A stretch of DNA of 64,000 bases, from the NCBI GenBank assembly GCA_038883855.1, contig JAVZLH010000001.1, positions 32,001-96,000 on the forward strand, in the 5' to 3' direction. The notes beneath the pieces are model-generated. The model made no database searches. It saw only the letters and a list, made by a program, of their open reading frames with translations, and was not told the DNA's origin. Shown here in pieces: positions 1 through 9,703 of the stretch (position 1 is its first letter; every line of letters starts with the position of its first letter). This stretch comes from Candidatus Bathyarchaeia archaeon. Its GTDB lineage: Archaea > Thermoproteota > Bathyarchaeia > Bathyarchaeales > Bathycorpusculaceae. A program made the position numbers and the translations under genes.

Positions 1-165
1 GATGTTCCTCTAATAGTTGGGGGCGGTATTAGAACTAGGGAAGAAGCGTTGGCAGCGGCATCTGCAGGGGCGAATATTATTGTTACAGGCAACGTTGTTG
101 AAAATTCAGGGGTTAGGAAGAAGGTTTCCGAAATTGTCGGCGGCATAAGGCATAACCGACGTTGA
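1..165 (+). CDS. 3' end of geranylgeranylglyceryl phosphate synthase family protein (partial, runs off window start)
   Basis: Manual frame-1 translation DVPLIVGGGIRTREEALAAASAGANIIVTGNVVE... shows the PLIVGGGIR / GA-x-IIVTG TIM-barrel phosphate-binding motifs of GGGPS/PcrB; stop TGA at 163-165. Confidence 0.8.
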   Translation, partial: DVPLIVGGGIRTREEALAAASAGANIIVTGNVVENSGVRKKVSEIVGGIRHNRR

Positions 166-285
166 ATTGCACCTTTTCTGTGAATTTTACCTTGCAATAA
201 AAAACTTAGGTTGGAAGCTTTTTGACTTCTTCTTGTTAGAAAGCCAAAATAGAGAATGGTGTGCATCAAGTTTGGGAGGTAAAGC

Positions 286-3200
286 TTGAACGGTCCAATA
301 AGTGAAACATATCGCCAATACGTAACTGCATTGGAAAGCGAGTTTAAACGGTTATACGCTTTAAGTGAAAAAGCGAGAGAAAAAGGGTTCGACCCTGCGC
401 TAAAGCCAGAATCCAAAATTGCAAGAGATCTAGCAGACCTTGTAGAGGGTCTTGTAGGTCCAAAAGGCGTGGCCGAAAGCATTAGGGAATTAAGCGAGAA
501 ACTTTCGCGCGAAGAATTAGCCTTTAAAATAGTTGAAGAAATAATTTATGGAAAATTTGGCCACATGGAACCCGAGGCGGCGGCGGAACAAGCGATACGA
601 ACTGCCCTTGCAATTTTCACTGAGGGGCTCACCGCAGCGCCGATACAGGGAGTGGCGAAGGTTAAAATTAAAACAAACCGTGACCGCACTCGCTATCTTG
701 CCATTTACTTTGCTGGTCCAATAAGGTCTGCGGGCGGAACAGACCAGGCGCTGACGCTTGTTGTAGGAGATTTCGTGCGACGTCTTCTCGGCTTAGACCG
801 TTACAAGCCTTTGGACGATGAGGTTTCACGCTTTATTGAAGAAGTAAGGCTTTATGAACGTTCAGTAAGCCGTTTTCAATACCATGTTTCTGATGAGGAA
901 TTGCGGAGAGCTCTCCAATGGCTGCCAGTGGAAGTTACAGGCACGGAATCCGACCCCATAGAAGTTTCTGCTTTTCGGAATCTTCCCCGAATTGAAACCA
1001 ACCGTTTGAGGGGCGGAGCCCTCCGCGTTGTTAATGATGGCATTGTTGGGCGCGCGCCAAAAGTTTGGGCTATTATAGAGAAGCTTGGTTTTCAAGGATG
1101 GGATTGGCTGAAGGAGTTTCAAAAGAAGTCTGAGAAAAAATCCGGAGGCTTTATGGATGATGTAATTGCTGGACGCCCGATATTCTCTTTTCCGTCTGCC
1201 CGTGGCGGTTTTAGGTTAAGGTATGGTAGGGCGAGAAACACGGGCTTAGCCGCCGTTGGAATGCACCCGGCAAGCATGCAAGTGCTCGGCGGCTTTTTGG
1301 CGGCTGGAACACAACTACGTTTGGAGCTTCCAGGCAAGGGTGGCATTGCGGTTCCAGTTGACGCTTTAGAACCGCCAATTGTCAAGCTGAAAGATGGTTC
1401 TGTTGTTCGTGTTTCCACTGAAAACTATGCTAGGATAAAGGGTGATGTTGAGAAAATTCTCTTTTTGGGAGACATTTTAATCAGTTTTGGGGATTTTCTT
1501 TACAACAGTAAAGTTCTCGTGCCTTCTGGGTATGTTGAAGAGTGGTGGGCTGAAGATCTGAAAAGGGCTTTGGCTGAAAAATTCAATGGTAACCTTGAAA
1601 AGGCTGCGGAAGCTGCAAAAATTCCAGTGGAGAAAATTAAGGGTTTCTTGGAAAATCCATTTGGCAAAAAGCCAAATGTTAAAGAAGCTATAGCCTTGTC
1701 GTTTGCAATTGGTGTTCCTCTTCACCCGGCTTTCACGTTTTTCTGGTCGAATCTTGTTTCGCTTGAAGAGCTTGCCCTTTTAAGGAAATGGCTCTCTGCT
1801 TCCGTAGTTGATTATGGTAATGGAGTCTGCAAAATTTCTGGAGAGATAGACGCAAAGGTCAAGCATGCCCTAGAGGCTATTTATTTGCCGCACAAGGTTT
1901 TAGATGGAAAAATAGTTGTCGAAAACGAGGAAGCCTATGCCTTTGCCTTTTCCCTTGGCTATGGAACTACGCGGAACACTGATATTTCAGCGGCAAAATC
2001 TGTTTTGGAAGCTGTCAGTTTGCTTTCCGGCGTGCAAATTAGGGATAAGGCTCCTACGCTTGTTGGCGCCAGAATGGGAAGACCTGAAAAGGCAAAGCGG
2101 CGGGAAATGAAGCCCCCTGTTCATGTTCTTTTCCCCGTTGGCTTGGCTGGAGGTGCCCAAAGAGACATTGTAGAGGCGGCGAAGGGAGGGCCAGTTTTTG
2201 TGGAGGTTGTTAAGCGTAAATGCCCAACGTGTAAGACGTTTACCTTTGGCATAAGATGTCCTGTTTGTGGCTCTGAAACTGTCACTGAAAATGTTTGTCC
2301 TATATGCGGGAAGAGTGTGAAGAATGATAAATGTCCAATTTGTAAAGTGCCGGCAAAACCCTTCCAAACGCAAGTTGTTAACTTTAAGGAACTGTTGGAG
2401 ACGGCTTGTGCGCGTTTGGGTTTTTCTTTGCCTAAGGTTTTGAAAGGCGTTAGAGGGTTAACAAATGAGACAAAGACTCCGGAGATTATTGAGAAGGGTG
2501 TTCTCCGCGCTAAATATGACTTGTCTGTTTACAAGGATGGCACAATTCGTTTTGACGCGACAAATGCTCCCTTAACGCATTTTAAACCGTCTGAAATTGG
2601 AGTGTCTGTTGAGAAACTGAAGGAGCTTGGCTATGCCTATGATGTTTATGGCGCGCCGTTAACTAACCCAGATCAAGTTTGTGAATTAAAGATTCAAGAC
2701 ATCATCATTCCCGTGAAATGCGCGGAATATTTTGTTCATGTTGCAAATTTCCTAGATGACCTTTTAACCAAGGTTTATGGGCTCGCTACCTACTATAACG
2801 TTAGGAAGCCGGAAGATCTTGTGGGGCATCTTGTTTTTGGCTTAGCTCCTCATACATCTGTGGGTATTCTGGGGCGGATTGTTGGCTTCACCAGTTTAAA
2901 TGTTTGTTATGCTCATCCAGTTTGGCATTCTGCTAAACGCAGAGATTGTGATGGCGACGAGGATGCGTTGATGCTTGCTTTGGACACTTTGCTTAACTTT
3001 TCAACTGAGTATTTGCCCGCGCAAATAGGCGGGATAATGGATGCTCCGCTGCTTGTGATTCCTGTTGTCAACACTAAGGAAGTGCAGAGGCAAGCCCATG
3101 ATTTTGATGTCGCAGAGGCTTATCCTCTCGAGTTTTACGAGAAAACATGGGAAAAAGTGGAAGCCAAACGCGTAAGTTCCCTCATAGACCTTATCGAATA

Positions 3201-3699
3201 CAGACTCGGCACCGAGGCACAGTTCGAGGGCTTCAAGTTTACTGTGCCAGTCACGAATGTCAACATGGGGAATCCTGAAAGCGCCTATAAACGGCTTACA
3301 ACGATGATTGATAAACTTAACAGCCAGTTGGAGTTGGCTGAGAAAATAGAGGCTGTGGACGCGAGAAGGGTTGCCCTTAAGGTTTTAACAACGCATTTCA
3401 TAAGGGACATTGCTGGTAATTTGCGGGCTTACTCCACTCAAGGTTTTAGGTGCAAAGCATGCAACAAACGTTTTCGCCGTTTACCTCTTTGCGGAAAATG
3501 CCCGTCATGCGGTGGGCAACTAACTTTAACGGTTTACCGTGGGGGCATCGAAAAATATTTGGAGGCAGCTCAGCGGTTGGTTGAAAGGTATGGTTTGCCG
3601 CAGTATTATGCTCAGAGGATTTTGTTAATGAAAGAGGAGATTAAGGCGTTGTTTGAGGGGAAAAAGCGGAAGCAAATCAGCCTAATTGATTTTGCCTAA
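286..3699 (+). CDS. polC: DNA polymerase D large subunit DP2
   Basis: 1137 aa; AGPIRSAGGT, GGFRLRYGR, catalytic RRDCDGDED and Cys4 zinc fingers; no intein evident. Confidence 0.98.
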   Translation: MNGPISETYRQYVTALESEFKRLYALSEKAREKGFDPALKPESKIARDLADLVEGLVGPKGVAESIRELSEKLSREELAFKIVEEIIYGKFGHMEPEAAAEQAIRTALAIFTEGLTAAPIQGVAKVKIKTNRDRTRYLAIYFAGPIRSAGGTDQALTLVVGDFVRRLLGLDRYKPLDDEVSRFIEEVRLYERSVSRFQYHVSDEELRRALQWLPVEVTGTESDPIEVSAFRNLPRIETNRLRGGALRVVNDGIVGRAPKVWAIIEKLGFQGWDWLKEFQKKSEKKSGGFMDDVIAGRPIFSFPSARGGFRLRYGRARNTGLAAVGMHPASMQVLGGFLAAGTQLRLELPGKGGIAVPVDALEPPIVKLKDGSVVRVSTENYARIKGDVEKILFLGDILISFGDFLYNSKVLVPSGYVEEWWAEDLKRALAEKFNGNLEKAAEAAKIPVEKIKGFLENPFGKKPNVKEAIALSFAIGVPLHPAFTFFWSNLVSLEELALLRKWLSASVVDYGNGVCKISGEIDAKVKHALEAIYLPHKVLDGKIVVENEEAYAFAFSLGYGTTRNTDISAAKSVLEAVSLLSGVQIRDKAPTLVGARMGRPEKAKRREMKPPVHVLFPVGLAGGAQRDIVEAAKGGPVFVEVVKRKCPTCKTFTFGIRCPVCGSETVTENVCPICGKSVKNDKCPICKVPAKPFQTQVVNFKELLETACARLGFSLPKVLKGVRGLTNETKTPEIIEKGVLRAKYDLSVYKDGTIRFDATNAPLTHFKPSEIGVSVEKLKELGYAYDVYGAPLTNPDQVCELKIQDIIIPVKCAEYFVHVANFLDDLLTKVYGLATYYNVRKPEDLVGHLVFGLAPHTSVGILGRIVGFTSLNVCYAHPVWHSAKRRDCDGDEDALMLALDTLLNFSTEYLPAQIGGIMDAPLLVIPVVNTKEVQRQAHDFDVAEAYPLEFYEKTWEKVEAKRVSSLIDLIEYRLGTEAQFEGFKFTVPVTNVNMGNPESAYKRLTTMIDKLNSQLELAEKIEAVDARRVALKVLTTHFIRDIAGNLRAYSTQGFRCKACNKRFRRLPLCGKCPSCGGQLTLTVYRGGIEKYLEAAQRLVERYGLPQYYAQRILLMKEEIKALFEGKKRKQISLIDFA

Positions 3700-3745
3700 G
3701 AAAACTTTTCTATGTAAACGGCGAATTTATTCTCGGTGAACTCCC

Positions 3746-4018
3746 ATCAAAGAAGTTTACCATCCCAACGCCTACTTAACGAAAATTAGGAACGTTAAAC
3801 TTGGGTTAAGGGCGAGAACCCAAATACTAAACGTGTTAGAGAAAAAGAGTTTAAGCGACGCCAAAAACGTCGCCAAAGAAGCAAAACTGCTGTATAATGT
3901 TGTTATTCACCATTTAAGGCTTTTAGAAATGGAGGGGATGGTTGAAAGAAGGGGACACCGACCCTACACTTGGGGGCTTACTGGTTTGGGACAGAAGCGC
4001 CTAAATAATCTAGTCTAA
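3746..4018 (+). CDS. small winged-helix (ArsR-like) DNA-binding protein; start uncertain (ATC 3746 or GTG 3833)
   Basis: wHTH pattern VIHHLRLLEMEGMVERRG; the frame stays open upstream to TGA 3737-3739; GGTGA SD-like motif at 3735-3739. Confidence 0.65.
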   Translation: MKEVYHPNAYLTKIRNVKLGLRARTQILNVLEKKSLSDAKNVAKEAKLLYNVVIHHLRLLEMEGMVERRGHRPYTWGLTGLGQKRLNNLV

Positions 4019-4302
4019 AAAGGGCATTGGCAAGGCATCCGCCCGCACTTTGGACATTTGTTGTCATATTTGGCGAGGGCAGCTTTCTCAAGGTCTATGT
4101 TGGCGATGTTTGCAAGCGAAGCCAGCCACGCGATGACATCTGCAAATTCGTTTTCTATGGCTTTTTTGTCTGCGCTTTCTAATGCCTCTTTCAATTCTTC
4201 AACTTCTTCTACAAGCCAATTATAGGTTTTAGTTAAGCCCCGTTCAGAATCCCTATGGAAGTAAAGGCGCCGCATCAACTCTTGAAACTCGTGTATGTGC
4301 AT
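4015..4302 (-). CDS. MazG-like nucleotide pyrophosphohydrolase
   Basis: LVEEVEEL...ENEFADVIAWLASLAN MazG motif; C-terminal CPKC..PCQC. Confidence 0.9.
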   Translation of the reverse strand: MHIHEFQELMRRLYFHRDSERGLTKTYNWLVEEVEELKEALESADKKAIENEFADVIAWLASLANIANIDLEKAALAKYDNKCPKCGRMPCQCPF

Positions 4303-4351
4303 GATGTTCCTACCCGTTTTCTAAATTATGTGCGTGTTCCTCGTTAAGACT

Positions 4352-4783
4352 TTAATGTTGGAATTGGGCTAGGTTTTTCTGTCCTTTTGCGGTTATGTGG
4401 AATACTTTTACGCCTTTCCGTTCCAAGTGTGCAGAGATAAACCTTCTATGGCAGTATTTTGGGTTCGGTTCCATGCACATTATACATGTTCGCTTTTGAG
4501 AGGCAATTGCCAGCAACTTCTGGACTCCTTCCCTAAAGAGTTTTGTTCGCATATGCGCCTTATATCCTCCCCTTCGGTATCCTCCAAGTTCTTTTCCCAG
4601 CCAAACATATTCTATGCCGTGTTCTGGAAGCCACTTTTCCATTTGCTCCCTTTTAAAATGGTCAACTTTTGACGTTGGAAAACTGCGGACATCGACAAGA
4701 ACCTGGATTCCATGTTCGCTTAGCAACCCTAAGAACTTATCTTTTGGGTGATTGCTGTGCCCAACAGTCCATATTATAATCAA
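4352..4783 (-). CDS. DUF488 family protein
   Basis: TVGHSN, LVDVRSFP, ELGG and CME...CHRRFI motifs. Confidence 0.88.
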   Translation of the reverse strand: MIIIWTVGHSNHPKDKFLGLLSEHGIQVLVDVRSFPTSKVDHFKREQMEKWLPEHGIEYVWLGKELGGYRRGGYKAHMRTKLFREGVQKLLAIASQKRTCIMCMEPNPKYCHRRFISAHLERKGVKVFHITAKGQKNLAQFQH

Positions 4784-4812
4784 AGGTTGTCACTGAAGAT
4801 TCTAAACTTATT

Positions 4813-6129
4813 TTAACGAATTTTTATGTATTCGTATGCCTCTGTTGCGTTTTCAAAACAATAGTGCACTTTTTGGTATTCCTTTCTGAACTCCGCCACG
4901 TCCGTTTTCACTTTTTCTGGCGGTTCCCTGTCTATTACCACACGCTTTATTAACTCAGCTATTTCCACCATTTCAGACTCTCTCATTCCAAGCCTTGTAA
5001 CCTCTGAAACGCCCAACCTTATCCCGCCAGGATGCTGGAAATGTCTTCCTTCCTTAATATCCCATGGCAAAAGGTTCCTGTTTATTATTATGTTTGCTTT
5101 TTCCAAAGTCGCTTCGATTGTGCCGCCGTCGCCTTGTTTTGTTACGTCTATTAGGATTACATGTGACTGGGTGAAGCCCTTATGCTCCGCCAAAACATTC
5201 AATCCCCTTTCGTAAAGAGCTTGAGCCAAAGCCTTAGCGTTCTTCACCACTTGACTTGCATATTCCCTTCCAAACTCCAACATCTCAGCACATGCAACTG
5301 CGACACCAGCCACCGCATGCAAATGATGATTACTCACCATCCCCGGGAAAGTGGCGCGTTTTATTTTGTCCGCGTACTTTTCCCATGACAATACCCCGCC
5401 GTGTTGCGGTCCAAAAAATGTTTTGTGGGTGCTCAAGCTTACGACATCCGCTCCCTCTTTAAGGGGGTCTTGGAATTGTTTTCCAGCAATTAATCCCGCC
5501 ACATGGGCTGCGTCGTATCCAACTGTTCCGCCAACCGCCCGCACTGTGTCTGCTAATTCCTTTATTGGATGTGGAAATGGAAAGACGCTGGCGCCGAACA
5601 TAACGAGTTTTGGCGGTCGCCCTTCCGCTGCAAGCTTATCAATCCTCTCTTTAGCCTTATCCACATCAATGTTTAACTCCTTATAGTCTAAGGGCAAATA
5701 TTCAACAACTAAGCCATGAACAGCTCCAGCCGTGCCACCGAGCTCCTTTTTGCCCATTGTGATGTGGCCCCCGCATGGAATTGACAGCGCCATCATAGTG
5801 TCGCCCGGTTCTGTGAAAGCCGTGTAGACAACTAAGTTTGCCACAACACCTGAAATCGGTCTAACATCGACAAATTCTGCAGAAAACAGTTTTTTCATTA
5901 GTTCGATGCATTTAAACTCCACCTGGTCTATGTAGCAGCAACCAGCGTAAACACGTTCTCCAGGCCAGCCTTCGGCGTAACGATTTCCGAAATCTGTTGT
6001 TAGGGCTTCGCGAACTGCTGGGCTTGGGATGTTTTCGCTTGCTATGAGAGGGATGCATTCTCGGAACCATTTATGATGTTGTTCCAGAAGGCTAAATATG
6101 TGGTTGTACTCTTCTCGAGGATTTGCCAT
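4813..6129 (-). CDS. glyA: serine hydroxymethyltransferase
   Basis: LIASEN, YAEGWPGERVYAG, DAAHVAGL, PLP lysine motif STHKTFFGP. Confidence 0.97.
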   Translation of the reverse strand: MANPREEYNHIFSLLEQHHKWFRECIPLIASENIPSPAVREALTTDFGNRYAEGWPGERVYAGCCYIDQVEFKCIELMKKLFSAEFVDVRPISGVVANLVVYTAFTEPGDTMMALSIPCGGHITMGKKELGGTAGAVHGLVVEYLPLDYKELNIDVDKAKERIDKLAAEGRPPKLVMFGASVFPFPHPIKELADTVRAVGGTVGYDAAHVAGLIAGKQFQDPLKEGADVVSLSTHKTFFGPQHGGVLSWEKYADKIKRATFPGMVSNHHLHAVAGVAVACAEMLEFGREYASQVVKNAKALAQALYERGLNVLAEHKGFTQSHVILIDVTKQGDGGTIEATLEKANIIINRNLLPWDIKEGRHFQHPGGIRLGVSEVTRLGMRESEMVEIAELIKRVVIDREPPEKVKTDVAEFRKEYQKVHYCFENATEAYEYIKIR

Positions 6130-6253
6130 CGTAAGACACCTATTTTAGCCATACTATCGTTTGCGCCAGAATAAAAAGTGTTTGAGATGGCGTAACGTTA
6201 ATTAGTGAAGGAACAACCATAATTTACCGCCTAACCGTGGAAGAGGTTTGAAC

Positions 6254-6424
6254 ATGAGTAAGAAAAAGAGGAAGGAGTCGGCGCCAATGCCTGCGGCAAG
6301 TGCTGGTCTATTAAGGTTCTTTGAAGAGGAAACGGAAGGCGTTAAAGTTAGACCTGAGATTCTTATCGGTTTTGCAATAGCGCTGATTATCGTATGCGCT
6401 CTAGCGAAGTTGTTCTTTGGGTGA
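6254..6424 (+). CDS. secG: preprotein translocase subunit Sec61beta (not in ORF track)
   Basis: Manual translation MSKKKRKESAPMPAASAGLLRFFEEETEGVKVRPEILIGFAIALIIVCALAKLFFG (56 aa); AGLLRFFEEE motif plus one C-terminal TM helix; GAGG SD upstream. Confidence 0.93.
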   Translation: MSKKKRKESAPMPAASAGLLRFFEEETEGVKVRPEILIGFAIALIIVCALAKLFFG

Positions 6425-6709
6425 CCTTAGCGGCGTGGTGTGCAAAACTTCTATGCGTTGAACAGAGTTAAGGTGGATGAAAATTTCGCTTCTTTCTTCT
6501 CTGCTTACAACTTGTGGTACTGGCTGAGCGATTGTTGCCCGCAAAGTAATTAACTCAGCGTCTGAAAGCCATATTCCTGCTGGTTCCCGCGTTATAGCCG
6601 CGAGCGTCCCCTCAAAGCCATAAGAAGGTTCCAGAATCACACGTACCTTTTTCCCATAATTCTTCTCAAGCATGTGAAATATGGTTAGGGGTATTTCTTG
6701 CTCTGGCAT
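6401..6709 (-). CDS. Sm/Lsm-like fold protein (start probably ATG 6709)
   Basis: GKKVRVIL..FEGTL..(Sm1)...IFIHLNSVQRI (Sm2)-like pattern; 3' end overlaps secG convergently. Confidence 0.55.
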   Translation of the reverse strand: MPEQEIPLTIFHMLEKNYGKKVRVILEPSYGFEGTLAAITREPAGIWLSDAELITLRATIAQPVPQVVSREERSEIFIHLNSVQRIEVLHTTPLRSPKEQLR

Positions 6710-6963
6710 TAAGTTTCGCAAAACATCTAATTGGAAGTTGGTAAATAAAACAGTTACCCTTCGCTGTTCTGCATACCTCTATCAATACAAGTGGTAGCCG
6801 TATAGGTGTTCTCCTTGCTGACTTTGACTACTTCATTTAAAATTCACGCTTAGTCTACAATACAATTATATTTTAGGCGTGTTTTAACCTTCACGAGTGT
6901 CTTTTCACGGAGAGTTGCGACATTTTTTAATATGCCCACTCCCTTTTAGAATCCGCGCTCAGG

Positions 6964-8799
6964 ATGGTAAACATGGCTTCCGCTGGCAAGTCAAGTTCAG
7001 AACCGCCTATAGAGAAGGCAGTTAAACGTTATTCCTCGCTTTTTTGGCTTCCTTCACTCAGGAAAGTGATAATTCTCCTAGGGTTGATATGCGTATTCAA
7101 CGGGTTGCTTTCGACGGTTGCGCTTTTTAATCAACTGGAAGGAGTTTTTAATGGCTTGATTTTGGGGTTTTCCCTTTTTTCCATCAGTTTAATATCTGAT
7201 TATTTCACTGCAAAAATTCTTCTGCAGCGAAATCCCATTTATACTTTTAGGAGAACTGTTGCAGTTTCCCTTTTTTGCTGGTTTTTCTGGCTAATTTTTA
7301 TTGTAGCTGGTGTTTTCTGCATTTCTGTGTTTGGCGCGCAGTTGTGGCTGATTAAGCTCTGCGTCTTCGGGTTTTACGCCGTCTTAATTTTCCGTTTAAC
7401 AGTTGTAAACGCAACTTTGTCAGCTGGTTATACACGGTGCTTTGCTGTCTCTTTTCTTTCTCCATACCTTTGCATAGTTCCGTTCGTGGTGTTATGGGTG
7501 AAAAGCAGCTACATCACATTTTTGTGGATTTTGCCCTTTCTCCTTCTATCACCAATAATCAGTTTTTCCATAGTTCACGTTTTCCTTTCTCTGATTAACC
7601 GTGTAGGCAAGCAAATGCTGGGTATTCCTTCAATAACTTTTTTCAAGGCTTTTCTGCTGAATTGGGTAGCAGATTTGAATGCTCCTTTTGAAGACTTACT
7701 TGAAAGGCTAAGCGAAGAACAAAGCATAAACGTATCCATAATAAAATTTGCCTCTTCAAAACCTAAAGCCGCTATAATAGTTCCCATGGTTCACCCCGGT
7801 CCTTTCAAAAACATTGGCAGCAGTCTTCTCCCATCGATGTTGAAGAGTGCATTCGAAAAAAACGTCGGTGGTGTTGCGTGTGTTCCTCTTGGTTTGCTTG
7901 GACATGAGCTTGATTTAGCTTCGCAACTTCAGAACCAAAAGATAATCCGCGAGGTTGTGGAGTCTGCGAATTTTAAGACAAAAGAGGTGGGAGCGACACC
8001 CTTCGTTAAAATTAGTATCGGCTTTGCAACTGCGTGCTGTCAAATTTTCGGCAAAACAGCCTTTCTCGCTTTTACTCTTGCACCCAAAACCACGGAAGAC
8101 TTGCCACAAGAACTGGGGCAGTTCATGCGCCAAGAAGCTGAAAAACATGGTCTTTCATGTGTTGTTGTCAACGCCCACAACAGTATTGATAGCGCATTGG
8201 ACATGCAGGAGGTTTTAGGTAGATTAAAGGATGTTGGAGCAAAGTGTTTGGAAAAGGCAGCTTCTTTGAAGCGTTCACCCGTCAGAGTTGGGGCTGCAAC
8301 AATAATTCCTGACGAGTTCAGCCTAAAAGACGGTATGGGTCCAGGCGGCATAACAGCAATTGTAACAGAAGTTGAAGGGATGAAGACAGTTTACGTTGTT
8401 ATTGACGGTAACAACATGCAATCTGGGCTTCGCGAAAAAATCTTGCTTGCACTACGCTCTATTGGTTTTGATGAAGGAGAAATCTTAACAACAGACACGC
8501 ATGCCGTAAGCGCCGTAGTGTTAAAGGGTCGCGGATACCATCCAATCGGCGAAGTAATGGACCATGAAAAACTAATTGATTACATTAAAAAGGCTTCTCT
8601 TTTAGCAATGGAGAATTTAGAAGATTGCAAGACGGGAAGCCGTTTCATAACTGTTGAAAATGTAAAGGTTATTGGGCAATCGAAACTTGATTTATTAGTT
8701 CTAATGCTGGATAGATCTTTTCAAAAAGCGAAAAAGGCAAGTGTCCCGCTTTTTGCTCTCAGCGGTCTTCTTTTTACGTTAATTTTGACAGTGTTTTAA
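6964..8799 (+). CDS. DUF2070 family membrane protein
   Basis: N-terminal multi-TM region; HPGPF..IGSS, AHNS, IDGNNM and TTDTH motifs. Confidence 0.85.
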   Translation: MVNMASAGKSSSEPPIEKAVKRYSSLFWLPSLRKVIILLGLICVFNGLLSTVALFNQLEGVFNGLILGFSLFSISLISDYFTAKILLQRNPIYTFRRTVAVSLFCWFFWLIFIVAGVFCISVFGAQLWLIKLCVFGFYAVLIFRLTVVNATLSAGYTRCFAVSFLSPYLCIVPFVVLWVKSSYITFLWILPFLLLSPIISFSIVHVFLSLINRVGKQMLGIPSITFFKAFLLNWVADLNAPFEDLLERLSEEQSINVSIIKFASSKPKAAIIVPMVHPGPFKNIGSSLLPSMLKSAFEKNVGGVACVPLGLLGHELDLASQLQNQKIIREVVESANFKTKEVGATPFVKISIGFATACCQIFGKTAFLAFTLAPKTTEDLPQELGQFMRQEAEKHGLSCVVVNAHNSIDSALDMQEVLGRLKDVGAKCLEKAASLKRSPVRVGAATIIPDEFSLKDGMGPGGITAIVTEVEGMKTVYVVIDGNNMQSGLREKILLALRSIGFDEGEILTTDTHAVSAVVLKGRGYHPIGEVMDHEKLIDYIKKASLLAMENLEDCKTGSRFITVENVKVIGQSKLDLLVLMLDRSFQKAKKASVPLFALSGLLFTLILTVF

Positions 8800-8853
8800 G
8801 TCAACACTAATAAAGGTTGAATCCCTCAACTTCATTCCTAGTGGAAGTGGAGA

Positions 8854-9414
8854 ATGGTGCTAAGAGAAATCCGAATACATGGCCGCGGCGGTCAGGGAAG
8901 TGTGACAGCAGCGCAGATTTTGGCTCACGCCGCTTTTCTTGAGGGCAAATGGGTTCAAGCGTTTCCTTACTTTGGGGCTGAGCGCCGAGGAGCACCAGTT
9001 AAAGCCTTTGCAAGAATAGATGATAAGCCGATTGTCTTACACAGCCAAATCTATCATCCAGATTATGTGATTGTTCTTGACCCAGTTATTTACGAAGTTG
9101 TTGATGTTACTGAGGGTTTAAAGGAGGATGGAATGGTTTTGATAAATACTGCAAAAAGGCCGTCGGAAATAGGGATTAAGGGTTATAAAGTTGCCACCGT
9201 CGACGCAACCGGGATAGCGCTTGAATTGAACCTCGTTGTTGCGGGCATTCCTATTGTGAACACGTCAATTTTGGGAGCTTTTGCCAAGGCAACGGGTGAA
9301 ATTAAGTTGGAAAGCATTTTAAAAGCCATAAAAGAAACTTTTTTAGGAAGTGCCGGCGAGAAAAACGCAAGGGCAGCCGAACTAGCTTACGAAAGAATGG
9401 TGAAGGGATGGTAA
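8854..9414 (+). CDS. porG: pyruvate/2-oxoacid:ferredoxin oxidoreductase gamma subunit
   Basis: [11 protein letters not shown] and [10 protein letters not shown] motifs. Confidence 0.93.
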   Translation: MVLREIRIHGRGGQGSVTAAQILAHAAFLEGKWVQAFPYFGAERRGAPVKAFARIDDKPIVLHSQIYHPDYVIVLDPVIYEVVDVTEGLKEDGMVLINTAKRPSEIGIKGYKVATVDATGIALELNLVVAGIPIVNTSILGAFAKATGEIKLESILKAIKETFLGSAGEKNARAAELAYERMVKGW

Positions 9415-9701
9415 TTTTGGCGGATATTACCATAAAATCCGGAAGAGAAATGCCTTTGACACCGCTTTCAACTCCGACACATGGAAGCATGGGTAAAACA
9501 GGTTTTTGGAGAACCTTCCGTCCAGAAATTGATTACTCCAAATGCACAAAATGCACACTTTGCTGGGTTTATTGCCCCGACGCGGCTATAGAACGTCAAC
9601 AAGATGACTCGCCCAAAATAGATTATGACTACTGCAAGGGGTGTGGAATATGCGCCAACGAATGCCCAGTTAAAGCAATAACAATGAAACGGGAGGAATA
9701 G
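9408..9701 (+). CDS. porD: 2-oxoacid:ferredoxin oxidoreductase delta subunit, 2x[4Fe-4S]
   Basis: [34 protein letters not shown]. Confidence 0.93.
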   Translation: MVILADITIKSGREMPLTPLSTPTHGSMGKTGFWRTFRPEIDYSKCTKCTLCWVYCPDAAIERQQDDSPKIDYDYCKGCGICANECPVKAITMKREE

Positions 9702-9703
9702 TA

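Noticed and set aside
286-3699. Intein in DP2 (a common host)
   Set aside because: The length is typical, and I saw no C...HN/C splice motifs or LAGLIDADG segment
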